Positions 9,832 through 18,677 are shown, counted from the stretch's first letter. The stretch: DNA of 64,000 nucleotides from Armatimonadota bacterium (GCA_041690135.1 JAWLHY010000010.1:128001-192000), one strand, 5' to 3'. The notes: generated by a model not told the origin, from the sequence alone. A program made the numbers and translations.

Positions 9832-12137
9832 CGTTTCCCACCCGCCCGCTTGAGGTGGCGGACCACCTGAGTGTGACCTTCCTCTTCCGCCATCGCGAGC
9901 GCCGTCTTCCCATCCTTCGCGCGGAGTGCGGCGTTAGCCCCCTTCGCCAGCAGGAGCTTCACCATCTCCAGGCGTCCCGCGCTTGCCGCGCTCATCAATG
10001 CCGTGTGGCCGTCGTCCGTCCGCGCGTTGATCTCGGCGCCCTTCGCCAGAAGGAGCCCGGCAATCGCAAGGTTCCCCTTGTGCGCCGCCGCCATCAGAGG
10101 GCGGGCGCCCATCTCGACGGGCACGTTCGGCCGAGCGCCGCGCCCCAGGAGCATGCGGGTCACTTCCGTCTCGTTGCGGTAGACGGCGATAAAGAGAGGG
10201 CTTCCGATGGGAGTCTTCTGGTTCGGGTCCGCGCCGCTCCGGAGAAGGAGCCGCACCAGATCCGCCCGCGTCCACTGGTCGGCGAGCAGTCCCTCCGCCA
10301 GCTTTTCCGCCAGTTCCCCGAGCTTCTCCGGGTTTGGGACCCGCTCCAGGGCGCGGCCGACCGCGTCGGCGGCCTTGGGCGGAAGAAGCGGCTCCGAGGG
10401 TGCGGCAGGCTCGGGAAGCGGCTCCCGCGCGGCGGCCGGCTCCGCCTGGCGCGGGTCATCTCGATCCGGAGCAAGAGCCAGGAACAACGGGGTACCTCCC
10501 CGCGCACTGGCGAGGTTCGGGTTCGCGCCTTTCTCGAGCAGCAGCCGGACGAGGTTCAGGTCCTGCATACCGGATTGCGCCCAGCGCAAAAGTGCGTGGT
10601 GCAGCGCGGTGTTTCCGTCAGCATCTTTCGTGTTGGGGTCCGCCCCATTCGCCAGCAGCATCCCCGTGATCTCGGTGTTGGCGCCGTAGGCGGCGAGCAT
10701 GAGGGGCGTCACCCCTCCCTGGTGCCGGGTGTTCGGGTCCGCCTTCGCCTCCAGGAGAGCCCGTACCCCCTCCTCCGGGCCGAAGAGCGCCGCCTGGTAG
10801 AGCGCCGTGTTGCCGGCCGCGTCCTTCGCGTTCGGGTCGGCCCCTTTCTCCAGCAGCATCCGGATCAGCGTCTCACTGTGGGCGTTCGCCGCCTGGACGA
10901 GGGCAGGCGTACCCTGCTCATCCTTCTGGTTCGGGTCGGCACCGCGCTCCAACAGCGCGCGGGCGGAGACGGCGTCTTCAGCCTCAATGGCGGCCAGAAG
11001 ATCCTTATGGGGAAGCTCCGCGCCGGCCTTCACGAGCACCTCCACGACCTCCGGGTTATCTTGCTGGCCCGCCTTCAGGAGGGGAGTATTCCCCTGCGCA
11101 TCGCGAGCATTCGGCGAGGCCTTACGCTCCAGGAGCAGCTTGACCGCGGCCACTGCCCCATGCTCGGCCGCTTTGAGGAGGGGCGTAACGCCGGTGCTGT
11201 CTGCGGCATTTGGGTCGGCACCTTTCTCCAGGAGCACCTGCAGCACCTTCGGTTCCTCCAGGGTGGCTGCCGCGTGGACCGCGGTCGCGCCCTGCTCGTT
11301 CCGCGCCCGGATGTCCGCGCCCTGTTCGATCAGGAGCCGGACGATCTCGACGAACCCCCCATCCGCCGCCGCCATCAGAGCGGTCTGGCCCGAACTCGTA
11401 GCGGCATTGACCTCCGCCCCCTTCGCCAGGAGCGTCTGAATCAGCGCGGCATCACCCAACCGCGACAGCGAGATGAGCGGCGTCTCGCCCTCTCGGTTGC
11501 GGACTTTCACCTCGGCGCCGCGTTCCAGCAGGAGCCGGGCCAGATCCGCCGTCTCGGCCAGAGCGGAGAGCATCAGCACCGAATCGCCGTCGTAGTCCCG
11601 GGCATTGAGGTTCGCGCCGCGTTCCAGCAGCAGGCGCGCCGTTTCCAGTTGGCCGGTCTGCACGGCCCAGGCGAGCGCGGTGAGCCCCCGGTTGTCCCGC
11701 AACTCCAGCGCGGCGCCCCGATCCAGCAGCAATCGGACCAGTTCGACGTGGCCGTTCCCGGCGGCCTGCATCAGGGCGGTGGTGCCGTCGTTGTTTTCGG
11801 CATCTATGTGCGCCCCGCCATCCAGGAGCGCGCGGGTGAGGGGGAGATGGCCCGCATGGGCTACGAGAGAAAGCACCCGGAAGCCTTCCCGATCCACAAG
11901 ATCGGGGTCAACTCCCTGCGCCAGGCGCGCGCGGACACCCGCTACATCCGCGGCCGCCAGCAACGCCAGCAGGCTGGGTGGGGATTTCGGCACGGCCTTG
12001 CGGGCAGGCGCCGGCCGTGTTCGGGCAGGAGCCCGGCGTGTCTTTCCCGGAGCGGTATGCGCCGGTAGGGATGCGCCGAGGATCGCCAGGAGAGCAGTCG
12101 TCGCAGGCAGGAAACGGTGGTGCATTCGGGGCGACAT
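9828..12137 (-). CDS. Secreted ankyrin-repeat protein
   Basis: Roughly 20 G-T-[AP]-L-x-x-A...LL-x-x-GA-[DN]-x-N repeats. The ATG at 12137 gives a signal-peptide-like N-terminus. Confidence 0.92.
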   Translation of the reverse strand: MSPRMHHRFLPATTALLAILGASLPAHTAPGKTRRAPARTRPAPARKAVPKSPPSLLALLAAADVAGVRARLAQGVDPDLVDREGFRVLSLVAHAGHLPLTRALLDGGAHIDAENNDGTTALMQAAGNGHVELVRLLLDRGAALELRDNRGLTALAWAVQTGQLETARLLLERGANLNARDYDGDSVLMLSALAETADLARLLLERGAEVKVRNREGETPLISLSRLGDAALIQTLLAKGAEVNAATSSGQTALMAAADGGFVEIVRLLIEQGADIRARNEQGATAVHAAATLEEPKVLQVLLEKGADPNAADSTGVTPLLKAAEHGAVAAVKLLLERKASPNARDAQGNTPLLKAGQQDNPEVVEVLVKAGAELPHKDLLAAIEAEDAVSARALLERGADPNQKDEQGTPALVQAANAHSETLIRMLLEKGADPNAKDAAGNTALYQAALFGPEEGVRALLEAKADPNTRHQGGVTPLMLAAYGANTEITGMLLANGADPNTKDADGNTALHHALLRWAQSGMQDLNLVRLLLEKGANPNLASARGGTPLFLALAPDRDDPRQAEPAAAREPLPEPAAPSEPLLPPKAADAVGRALERVPNPEKLGELAEKLAEGLLADQWTRADLVRLLLRSGADPNQKTPIGSPLFIAVYRNETEVTRMLLGRGARPNVPVEMGARPLMAAAHKGNLAIAGLLLAKGAEINARTDDGHTALMSAASAGRLEMVKLLLAKGANAALRAKDGKTALAMAEEEGHTQVVRHLKRAGGKR

Positions 12138-12300
12138 GGCTTGGCCTCGCTCGAGACGGATTCCAGGTTGCCCGAACAATTCTTGCTTTATGGCCTGGTT
12201 GAGCGATGTGCGGACAACGGGACCGTGGTCAGTTCGACATCATGCAGCAGTCTACCTTTGTGAATTGCCGCAGGGATTGCCTTGCCGCGTTGGGCCGCAC

Positions 12301-13947
12301 TTACTCTTTTCCGACCTGGATGACGTCGCCGCCGATGCGGTCCGCGAAGTGACGGTCGTGGGAGACATAGATGATGGCGCCGTGGTACTGGTTGAGCGCG
12401 TCTTCCAACTCCTCGATGGAGGGGAGATCGAGGTGGTTCGTGGGTTCGTCGAGCACCAGCAGCGAAGGGTTGCCGCTGAGCATGCAGATCAACTGGAACC
12501 GCGCCTTCTGGCCCCCCGAGAGCACCCGCAGGGGCAGGTTCCGATCCTGCTGCGGGTCGAAGAGGTAGTCGGACATCACCTTGAGGAGCGTCTGCTCGTT
12601 CAGCGGGCGCGCGGCGGCGGCGTAGACGGTCTCGATCGCCTGCCCCAGGTACATGGAGAGGTAGCGCGTTTCGACTTCCTGCCGGTAGACCCCCACCCGC
12701 AGTTGGGCGCCGGGGCGCACCGTGCCGGAGAAGATTCTGGCCACGGTTGGGGCGCCGTCCGCTTCGTGCAGCAATGCCTGGATGAGGGTAGACTTTCCGG
12801 CGCCGTTGCGGCCGCGGAACATCAGCCGGTCGCCCTGCCGGAGGTTGAAGCTGAGGGGCGCGAAGAGCGGGTGGTCGTAGCCGACGGAGAGGCTATTCAC
12901 CTCCAGCAGTTGGCGCCGGTGGCCGTCCGAGTTGGGGGTGTCGATCCGGATGGTGCGGGCCTTGTAGCGGTCGTAGCCCGCCCGCAGCTCTTCCTGCATC
13001 TGGGAGGTCGTCTCGCGGTCGATCCAGAAGGAAGGCTTTTCCAGCCCCTGCTTGAGGGCCTGGTACTCGCGGGTGAGGCGTTCTTCCAGGATCTTCGAGG
13101 GGTTGGAGGAGGCTTTCCCCTTGCGGGCCGCGGCCGCCTGGATCTGCTTCTCCAGCACTTCCATGCGCTTGAGGGAGGCCTCGTACAGGGTCACCTGCGA
13201 AAGCGTTTCGGTACTGTTCTGCTGGATGTACCGGGCATAGTTGCCGGAATAGGTGAAGGCCTGAAAGTCGCGGAGCTCGATGATGGAGTCGACCTCTTCC
13301 AGCACGTCCCGGTCGTGCGTGATGATGCACGCCGCGGTCTCCAACCCACGCAGCCACTGGATAAACAGGTCTTTGCCGTGGTAGTCCAAGTGGTTGGTCG
13401 GCTCGTCGAGGAGGATCAGGTCCGCGCCTGCGAAGGCGACCTTGACCATCTCCATCAGTCGCTTCTGGCCGCCGGACAGGGTGCCGATAGGACGCTGGGC
13501 CGTTTCGGGGTCGATGTCGAAGCCGCCGAAGGCTTCCAGGACCTGGTCTTCGATGCCGTAGTAGTCGCGGTCGATGAACTCCTGGAGCGCATCGGTGTAG
13601 ACGCGAATCTTCTCCAGGTCCTCACCCATCGTTTCGGGGTAGGTCTCGACGATCTCCTTGAGCTTCAGGTAGTCCGGGACATGTTCGAGGACGTAGTCCA
13701 GCGCGGTACGCTCTTCCACGGCCGCGTGCTCCTGCGCGGTGGCGATGATGCGGAGGCCCCGCTTGCGGGTGACGCTGCCCTGGAAATCACTGTCCGCACC
13801 GGTGATGATCCCGAGCAGGGTGCTCTTCCCCACCCCATTGCGCCCGATCAAGCCCACGTGGGTGGACTCGGGCAACACCAGGTTCAAGTCGCGGAACAGA
13901 AGCTTGGAGCCGAGATGCTTCTCGGCGATCGATAACGTGACGAGCAT
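12301..13947 (-). CDS. ABC-F family ATP-binding protein
   Basis: Two NBDs (GRNGVGKST/LSGGQ/LLDEPTNHLD and GRNGAGKST/LSGGQ/VLDEPTNHLD), helical linker, no TM segments. Start moved to ATG 13947. Confidence 0.93.
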   Translation of the reverse strand: MLVTLSIAEKHLGSKLLFRDLNLVLPESTHVGLIGRNGVGKSTLLGIITGADSDFQGSVTRKRGLRIIATAQEHAAVEERTALDYVLEHVPDYLKLKEIVETYPETMGEDLEKIRVYTDALQEFIDRDYYGIEDQVLEAFGGFDIDPETAQRPIGTLSGGQKRLMEMVKVAFAGADLILLDEPTNHLDYHGKDLFIQWLRGLETAACIITHDRDVLEEVDSIIELRDFQAFTYSGNYARYIQQNSTETLSQVTLYEASLKRMEVLEKQIQAAAARKGKASSNPSKILEERLTREYQALKQGLEKPSFWIDRETTSQMQEELRAGYDRYKARTIRIDTPNSDGHRRQLLEVNSLSVGYDHPLFAPLSFNLRQGDRLMFRGRNGAGKSTLIQALLHEADGAPTVARIFSGTVRPGAQLRVGVYRQEVETRYLSMYLGQAIETVYAAAARPLNEQTLLKVMSDYLFDPQQDRNLPLRVLSGGQKARFQLICMLSGNPSLLVLDEPTNHLDLPSIEELEDALNQYHGAIIYVSHDRHFADRIGGDVIQVGKE

Positions 13948-14008
13948 GGTTGTGGACAGGACCTCCGGGGTTCGGCGACCCCGCCGGCTTTCCGGCGTCC
14001 CGAGCAGC

Positions 14009-14043
14009 AAGAAAGGCCAGACGCCTGTCGCGCCTGGCCTTCC
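14009..14043 (-). terminator. Terminator/attenuator-like hairpin in the ABC-F 5' leader
   Basis: Minus strand GGAAGGCCAGGCGC-GACAG-GCGTCTGGCCTTTC-TT: about 14-bp stem with two G-U pairs and a weak U-rich tail. Confidence 0.55.
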
Positions 14044-14171
14044 GAATTCGGGAGCTCAAAGAGCCACTTCTGCGTTCCCGCCATTCCTCCGTCAACCAGG
14101 GCCACAGCCGCCGCGTTACGCCCGGTTCCGGAAGTTAGGTTCCGGCTGGATCGTAACGGGCTATCAGCGCT

Positions 14172-14195
14172 CTAATCGCGGGAAAGGGTGAACAT
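14172..14195 (-). CDS. Putative leaderless leader peptide MFTLSRD
   Basis: ATG TTC ACC CTT TCC CGC GAT TAG. The ATG lies 7 nt after a TATACT -10 box, at the predicted +1. Confidence 0.5.
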   Translation of the reverse strand: MFTLSRD

Positions 14196-14202
14196 CGGCG
14201 GC

Positions 14203-14231
14203 AGTATAACACAGCCACCGCGGATTTGCAG
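14203..14231 (-). promoter_or_regulatory. Sigma70-type promoter for the ABC-F leader
   Basis: CTGCAA-N17-TATACT with extended -10 TG (TGtTATACT). Confidence 0.6.
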
Positions 14232-14240
14232 TAGCTCCTC

Positions 14241-15719
14241 CTAATGTGCCGGAGAAAGGTCGAGAGCCCCCGCCTTGTCGTGGATGGCCACCCGCTCGAC
14301 CAGGTCCTGGCACGCCGCGCTGACCCCATCCAGGCGGGCCTTCACGCCCCGGCGGCGGTACGCGAGAATGATCTTATCCAGCATGGCGATGCTCGAGGCA
14401 TCCCATACATGGGCGGCGCTCAGGTCGATTACCACTTCCTCAACCTTCTCATCCATTTCGAACCGGCCCATCAGGTGGTTCGCCGATACGAAAAAGAGCT
14501 CGCCGCTCAGCCGGTAGGTGCGCACCCGTCCATCCGGGCTCAACTCGGAGTGGAGGGAGGCGAGCTTGGCCACCTTGCGCGCAAAGAGGAGAGAGCTGAG
14601 GACCACCCCGACCAGCACTCCGCGGGCGAGGTCGTGCGTGGCGACCACCGCCACGACGGTAGCCACCATTACCAGTCCCTCTCCGCGCGGCTCGATCCGC
14701 ATCCGGCGCAGGCAGGCCCAGTCGAAGGTGCTGATGGAAACCATGATCATCACGGCGACCAGGGCCGCCATGGGGATCCGGGTGAGGATAGGGCTGAGCA
14801 CCAGGATGAAGAGGAGCAGGAACAGGCCCGCCGCCAGCGAGGAGAGCCGTCCGCGTCCGCCGGATTTCACGTTGATGACGGACTGGCCGATCATGGCGCA
14901 GCCCGCCATGCCGCCGAAGAAGCCCGTAACTACGTTCGCCACGCCCTGGCCCATCGCTTCCCGGTTCTTGTCGCTCCCGGTGCCGGTCATATCGTCCACG
15001 ATCTGTGCCGTAAGCAGCGACTCCAGGAGCCCGACCATCGCCAGCGTGACCGACACGGGCGCGATGATGCCGAGCGTTTCCAGGTTCAGCGGAACGCCGG
15101 GGAGTTGGAAAAACGGGAGCGTGGTGGGCAGCTTGCCCATGTCCCCCACTGTCGGCAGGTCCCAGCCGAGCAGCAGCGTGAGGCCGGTGACCACGCCAAT
15201 CGCGACCAGGGGCGCCGGCACCGCCTTCGTGACCCGGGGGAGCAGATAGATCACCGCGAGGCCCAATGCCACCATCGCGTACATCTGCCAGCCCATGCCG
15301 CGGAAGTGGGGCAACTGGGCGAGGAAGATGAGGATGGCGAGCGCATTCACGAATCCCACCATCACGCTGCGGGGCACGAAGCTCATGTAACGCGCCAACT
15401 TGCAGGCGCCAAAGACCACCTGGACGATGCCGGTGAGCACGGTGGCGGCAAAGAGATAGGACAGCCCATGATCACGAACGAGGTGGACCATCAACAGGGC
15501 CATCGCTCCGGTGGCCGCGGAGATCATCGCCGGACGTCCCCCGACAAAGGCAGTGACCACGGCGATACAGAAGGAGGCGAACAGTCCTACCTGGGGGTCA
15601 ACGCCCGCCACAATCGAGAAGGCGATGGCTTCGGGAATGAGGGCCAACGCAACGACCAGGCCGGACACCAGGTCGCCGCTCACATTACCGAACCACTGTC
15701 GCTTGGCAGCTTCCTGCAC
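14241..15719 (-). CDS. SulP family anion transporter with STAS domain
   Basis: [46 protein letters not shown]-terminal STAS ([14 protein letters not shown]). GTG start 7 nt after AAGGAG. Confidence 0.93.
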   Translation of the reverse strand: MQEAAKRQWFGNVSGDLVSGLVVALALIPEAIAFSIVAGVDPQVGLFASFCIAVVTAFVGGRPAMISAATGAMALLMVHLVRDHGLSYLFAATVLTGIVQVVFGACKLARYMSFVPRSVMVGFVNALAILIFLAQLPHFRGMGWQMYAMVALGLAVIYLLPRVTKAVPAPLVAIGVVTGLTLLLGWDLPTVGDMGKLPTTLPFFQLPGVPLNLETLGIIAPVSVTLAMVGLLESLLTAQIVDDMTGTGSDKNREAMGQGVANVVTGFFGGMAGCAMIGQSVINVKSGGRGRLSSLAAGLFLLLFILVLSPILTRIPMAALVAVMIMVSISTFDWACLRRMRIEPRGEGLVMVATVVAVVATHDLARGVLVGVVLSSLLFARKVAKLASLHSELSPDGRVRTYRLSGELFFVSANHLMGRFEMDEKVEEVVIDLSAAHVWDASSIAMLDKIILAYRRRGVKARLDGVSAACQDLVERVAIHDKAGALDLSPAH

Positions 15720-15770
15720 AGAGAGGCTCCTTTTCAAGAGATCGGAAACGGAATGACGCAATGAGACCGT

Positions 15771-15852
15771 GCTCAACGGAAGACGAAACGATCGTCGGGT
15801 CGCCGCTTTAAAGACAAGGGCGGCGGAAAGAATCGGTCTTCCGTCCGTGAGC
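15771..15852 (-). promoter_or_regulatory. Long nested stem-loop in the SulP 5' leader (candidate cis-regulatory RNA)
   Basis: Nested pairings GCTCA/TGAGC, ACGGAAGAC/GTCTTCCGT, CGAT/ATCG and CGCCGC/GCGGCG. Confidence 0.45.
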
Positions 15853-16015
15853 GGGTCTAGAGACGGTACAGCAGTCAACCTGGTGGTAGGGTGATTGCCG
15901 GTCCCTTCGTCATTGAAGGAGGGAAGGACACAACGCGGAGGACCGGGCGGTCCGGGGGCCCAGCAGTCCAGAGGGAACGAAGGCGGGGACGCGACGCGTG
16001 GCAGCCTGACGCGCC

Positions 16016-16044
16016 AGTATGCCGGAAGCGGTCCGGCAAGTCAA
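16016..16044 (-). promoter_or_regulatory. Sigma70-type promoter for SulP
   Basis: TTGACT-N17-CATACT on the minus strand. Confidence 0.55.
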
Positions 16045-16050
16045 CCTAAA

Positions 16051-16095
16051 ACTGCACACTGGGAGCAGGCCGGGGCAAAGCTCCCAGTGTGCAGT
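16051..16095. repeat. Perfect 16-bp inverted repeat between divergent genes
   Basis: ACTGCACACTGGGAGC-N13-GCTCCCAGTGTGCAGT. Confidence 0.8.
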
Positions 16096-16163
16096 ATCCG
16101 GGAGATGTTGCACCCCAGTGACCATGGAGCGGTGCGATTCCGCTGCACCGAAACGGAGGGCTC

Positions 16164-17012
16164 GTGACCAACGAGGAGATCGCAGCTCGGTTGGAGGAAA
16201 CCGCCGACCTTCTGGAGCTCGACCCCGGCGCGAACCGGTACCGGGTGGGAGCCTACCGCGAAGGCGCGGCTACTCTCCGTCAGGTCCAGGAGCCAGTCGA
16301 GGATATCCTGGCGAAATCCGGCCAGAAGGGCCTGCGCCAGCTCTATGGAATTGGCGAAGGGCTGGCCGGTTCCATCCGGGAACTGGTTGAAACCGGGCAC
16401 CTGGGTCTCCTCGACCGACTCCGTGAGGAAGCGGAGCCGGAGCGAGCCTTCACGACGCTCCCCGGCGTGGGACCGAAGCTGGCGACGCGCATTCACCAGC
16501 AGTTGGATGTCGAAACGCTCCCGGAACTGGAACGGGCGGCTCACTCGGGGCGGCTGCGGGAAGTCGCGGGGATCGGGTCGAAGCTGGAGCGGCATATCCA
16601 GGAGGCCCTACAGGCACGTCTCCAGCGGCGGCCGGCATCCAGCCGGAAGCCACCCGTGGAAGAGATCCTGGACGTCGACCGCGAATACCGCGAAAGGGCG
16701 GCAGCGGGACGGCTGCGGCGGATCGCACCCCGGCGGTTCAATCTCGAGGGAGAAACCTGGCTGCCCGTGTTGAACAGCCACCGCGGGGAGCGGAGATACA
16801 CGGCCCTCTTTTCGAACACCGCGTTGGCCCACCAGTTGAACAAGACGCGCGACTGGGTGGTCCTTTACTACGCGCTACCGGGTGAGCCGGAGGAGCAGGT
16901 GACGGTGGTGACGGAGTCCAGCGGACAGTGGGCGGGACGGCGGATGATCCGGGGGCGCGAACAGGAGTGCCTCCGCTTTTACGAGTTGTCGGAACGCGCC
17001 GCGGCAGCTTGA
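16164..17012 (+). CDS. Helix-hairpin-helix protein: PolX-like N-terminal domains without polymerase palm
   Basis: MTNEEIAARLEETADLLE..ANRYRVGAYR (PolX 8-kDa domain), three HhH motifs (LYGIG, LPGVG, VAGIG), no GSxRR/DxD. RBS GGAGG. Confidence 0.8.
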   Translation: MTNEEIAARLEETADLLELDPGANRYRVGAYREGAATLRQVQEPVEDILAKSGQKGLRQLYGIGEGLAGSIRELVETGHLGLLDRLREEAEPERAFTTLPGVGPKLATRIHQQLDVETLPELERAAHSGRLREVAGIGSKLERHIQEALQARLQRRPASSRKPPVEEILDVDREYRERAAAGRLRRIAPRRFNLEGETWLPVLNSHRGERRYTALFSNTALAHQLNKTRDWVVLYYALPGEPEEQVTVVTESSGQWAGRRMIRGREQECLRFYELSERAAAA

Positions 17013-17015
17013 GCT

Positions 17016-17350
17016 ATGTCACGGATAGCAGCACTTCCCGCCCCAGCACCAGGACCAGCAGCCCGGGGTAGAGCGCGAACTTCACCCGCGGCCTGGCGGA
17101 GCAACTCACGGAAAAGGGGATCCGGGTGAACGCTGTTGCCCCTGGCCCGGTGTGGACGCCGCTGATCCCGGCTTCCTATCCGGCCGAACAGCTCCATTCG
17201 AGCTTTGGCGCCACGACACCGATGAAGCGAGCCGCCCAACCGGCGGAGATTGCACCGGCGTATGTCTACTTCGCCTCCCAGCAGGATAGCTCGTACGGCT
17301 CCGGCGAGGTACTGCTGCAGACCGGCGGAAAAATTATCGGCCGCGAGTAG
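17016..17350 (+). pseudogene. Internally deleted YhxC/YdaD/YghA-type SDR oxidoreductase
   Basis: N-terminal QHFPPQHQDQQPGVERELHPRP (from 17029) joined out of frame to C-terminal NFTRGLAEQLTEKGIRVNAVAPGPVWTPLIP. Rossmann motif and YxxxK are missing. Confidence 0.8.
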
Positions 17351-17660
17351 ACCGCCCGCCGTTCACTCTCTTCCTTCACGAACTTTGACAGTCGCCGGTC
17401 AGGGAGCATGGGATCTCCATGCCCTCCGCCCGGCGACTTTCTTGATGCTTCACTCTCCAGCATCTGCCGTTTGTAAAGCCTTGCCTGCGCGGCGGGACCG
17501 AGGCGGAGCCGTCCGGAAAAACCAACCCTGATTTAGAGGAGCATCGTGTAGATCCGCTCCAGTGAATGTGGGAGATCCTACTACAGCCTGGAATAGCCCT
17601 TGTCTGGGTAACACCCGAGCAACAGGCTCGCAGACATGGATATGGATGAAGGAAGGGCGA

Positions 17661-18173
17661 ATGTCGGAGACGCACCAAGTGGGAGCTCTGCAAATTGGTG
17701 ACGACCTCGACTTCGTGCGGCGCACCTGGAAGTTCCAACGGGCCGGATGGGTGGTGATGGCCCTGGTGATCCTTGCTGCTCTCCTGGGGGTATTCGGCAA
17801 AGGGCCGCTCAGCACCGCGCGGGTCGGTGAGGCGGGCCAGGCTTTGTCGGTGGAGTACCACCGGTTGTGGCGGTACCGGAAGCCGGACGATATTACCCTC
17901 CACCTGGGCTCACAGGCCACCACCGGGCGGGAGGCCCGCGTCTGGCTCGCCAGCGATTACGTGGACAAGCTCGAAATCGAGTACATCACTCCGAACCCGG
18001 ACCGGGTGATCGCGGGTAGTGATCGGGTGATCTACGTGTTCAACCTCGCCCAGCCGGGCCAACCGGTCTCCATCACCTTCAATTTCTCTCCACAGCATGT
18101 GGGCGCACTGGAAGCGCAAGTGGGCGTGGTGGATGGACCGGCGCGCGGGTTCACGTCTTTTTACTACCCGTAG
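17661..18173 (+). CDS. Conserved hypothetical membrane protein (DUF421-associated type)
   Basis: DDLDFVRRTWKFQRAGW..LLGVFGKGPLS single TM followed by a beta-rich domain. Directly precedes DUF421. Confidence 0.75.
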   Translation: MSETHQVGALQIGDDLDFVRRTWKFQRAGWVVMALVILAALLGVFGKGPLSTARVGEAGQALSVEYHRLWRYRKPDDITLHLGSQATTGREARVWLASDYVDKLEIEYITPNPDRVIAGSDRVIYVFNLAQPGQPVSITFNFSPQHVGALEAQVGVVDGPARGFTSFYYP

Positions 18174-18197
18174 GCCCGAGGAGAAAGGAGAGGGGCG

Positions 18198-18677
18198 ATG
18201 GACGCCGTACTGCGCGCCGCCGCGATCTATAGTTTCTTGCTACTGCTGTTCCGTATTGCAGGGAAACGTACGTTCCAGGAGATGACTCCCTTCGACTTCG
18301 TCCTGCTGCTGGTGATCGGAGAGTCCACGGAGCATGCCCTGCTCGGGGATGACCGGTCGGTGACGCACGGGCTCTTGCTGATCACCACGTTGGTCGGCCT
18401 GGACGTGGCAATGTCCCTCTGGAAGCAGCGTTCACAGCGCGTGGAAAAGCTCCTGGATGGTGTTCCTCTCATTCTCGTGGCGGAAGGGCAGCTCATCCGG
18501 CAGCACATGGAGAAGGAGCGAGTGGACGAGGTGGACCTTCTGGAGAGCGCGCGCCGTCACCACGGGTTGGAGCGCCTGGACCAGATCCGCTATGCCGTGC
18601 TGGAACCCGGAGGCGGCATCACGATCATCCCTGCGGAAGAGACGAGCAAAGCCGCGCAGGATCGAATGGCGGCCTGA
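18198..18677 (+). CDS. DUF421 (YetF) domain membrane protein
   Basis: RIAGKRTFQEMTPFDFVLLLVIGE and AVLEPGGGITIIP motifs. Confidence 0.9.
   Translation: MDAVLRAAAIYSFLLLLFRIAGKRTFQEMTPFDFVLLLVIGESTEHALLGDDRSVTHGLLLITTLVGLDVAMSLWKQRSQRVEKLLDGVPLILVAEGQLIRQHMEKERVDEVDLLESARRHHGLERLDQIRYAVLEPGGGITIIPAEETSKAAQDRMAA

Noticed and set aside
9855-13935. Very long + strand ORFs (737 aa, 776 aa) and similar antisense ORFs throughout the window
   Set aside because: They are shadows of real genes caused by high-GC codon bias. They have no recognisable motifs and an Arg/Gly/Pro-rich composition.
13884-14105. 73-aa ORF (MAGTQKWLF...) as the ABC-F leader peptide
   Set aside because: GGAGGA directly abuts its internal ATG (no spacing) and the product looks non-coding. 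The leaderless MFTLSRD uORF fits the promoter better.
16164-17012. Calling the gene polX
   Set aside because: It lacks the nucleotidyltransferase palm motifs and the PHP domain.
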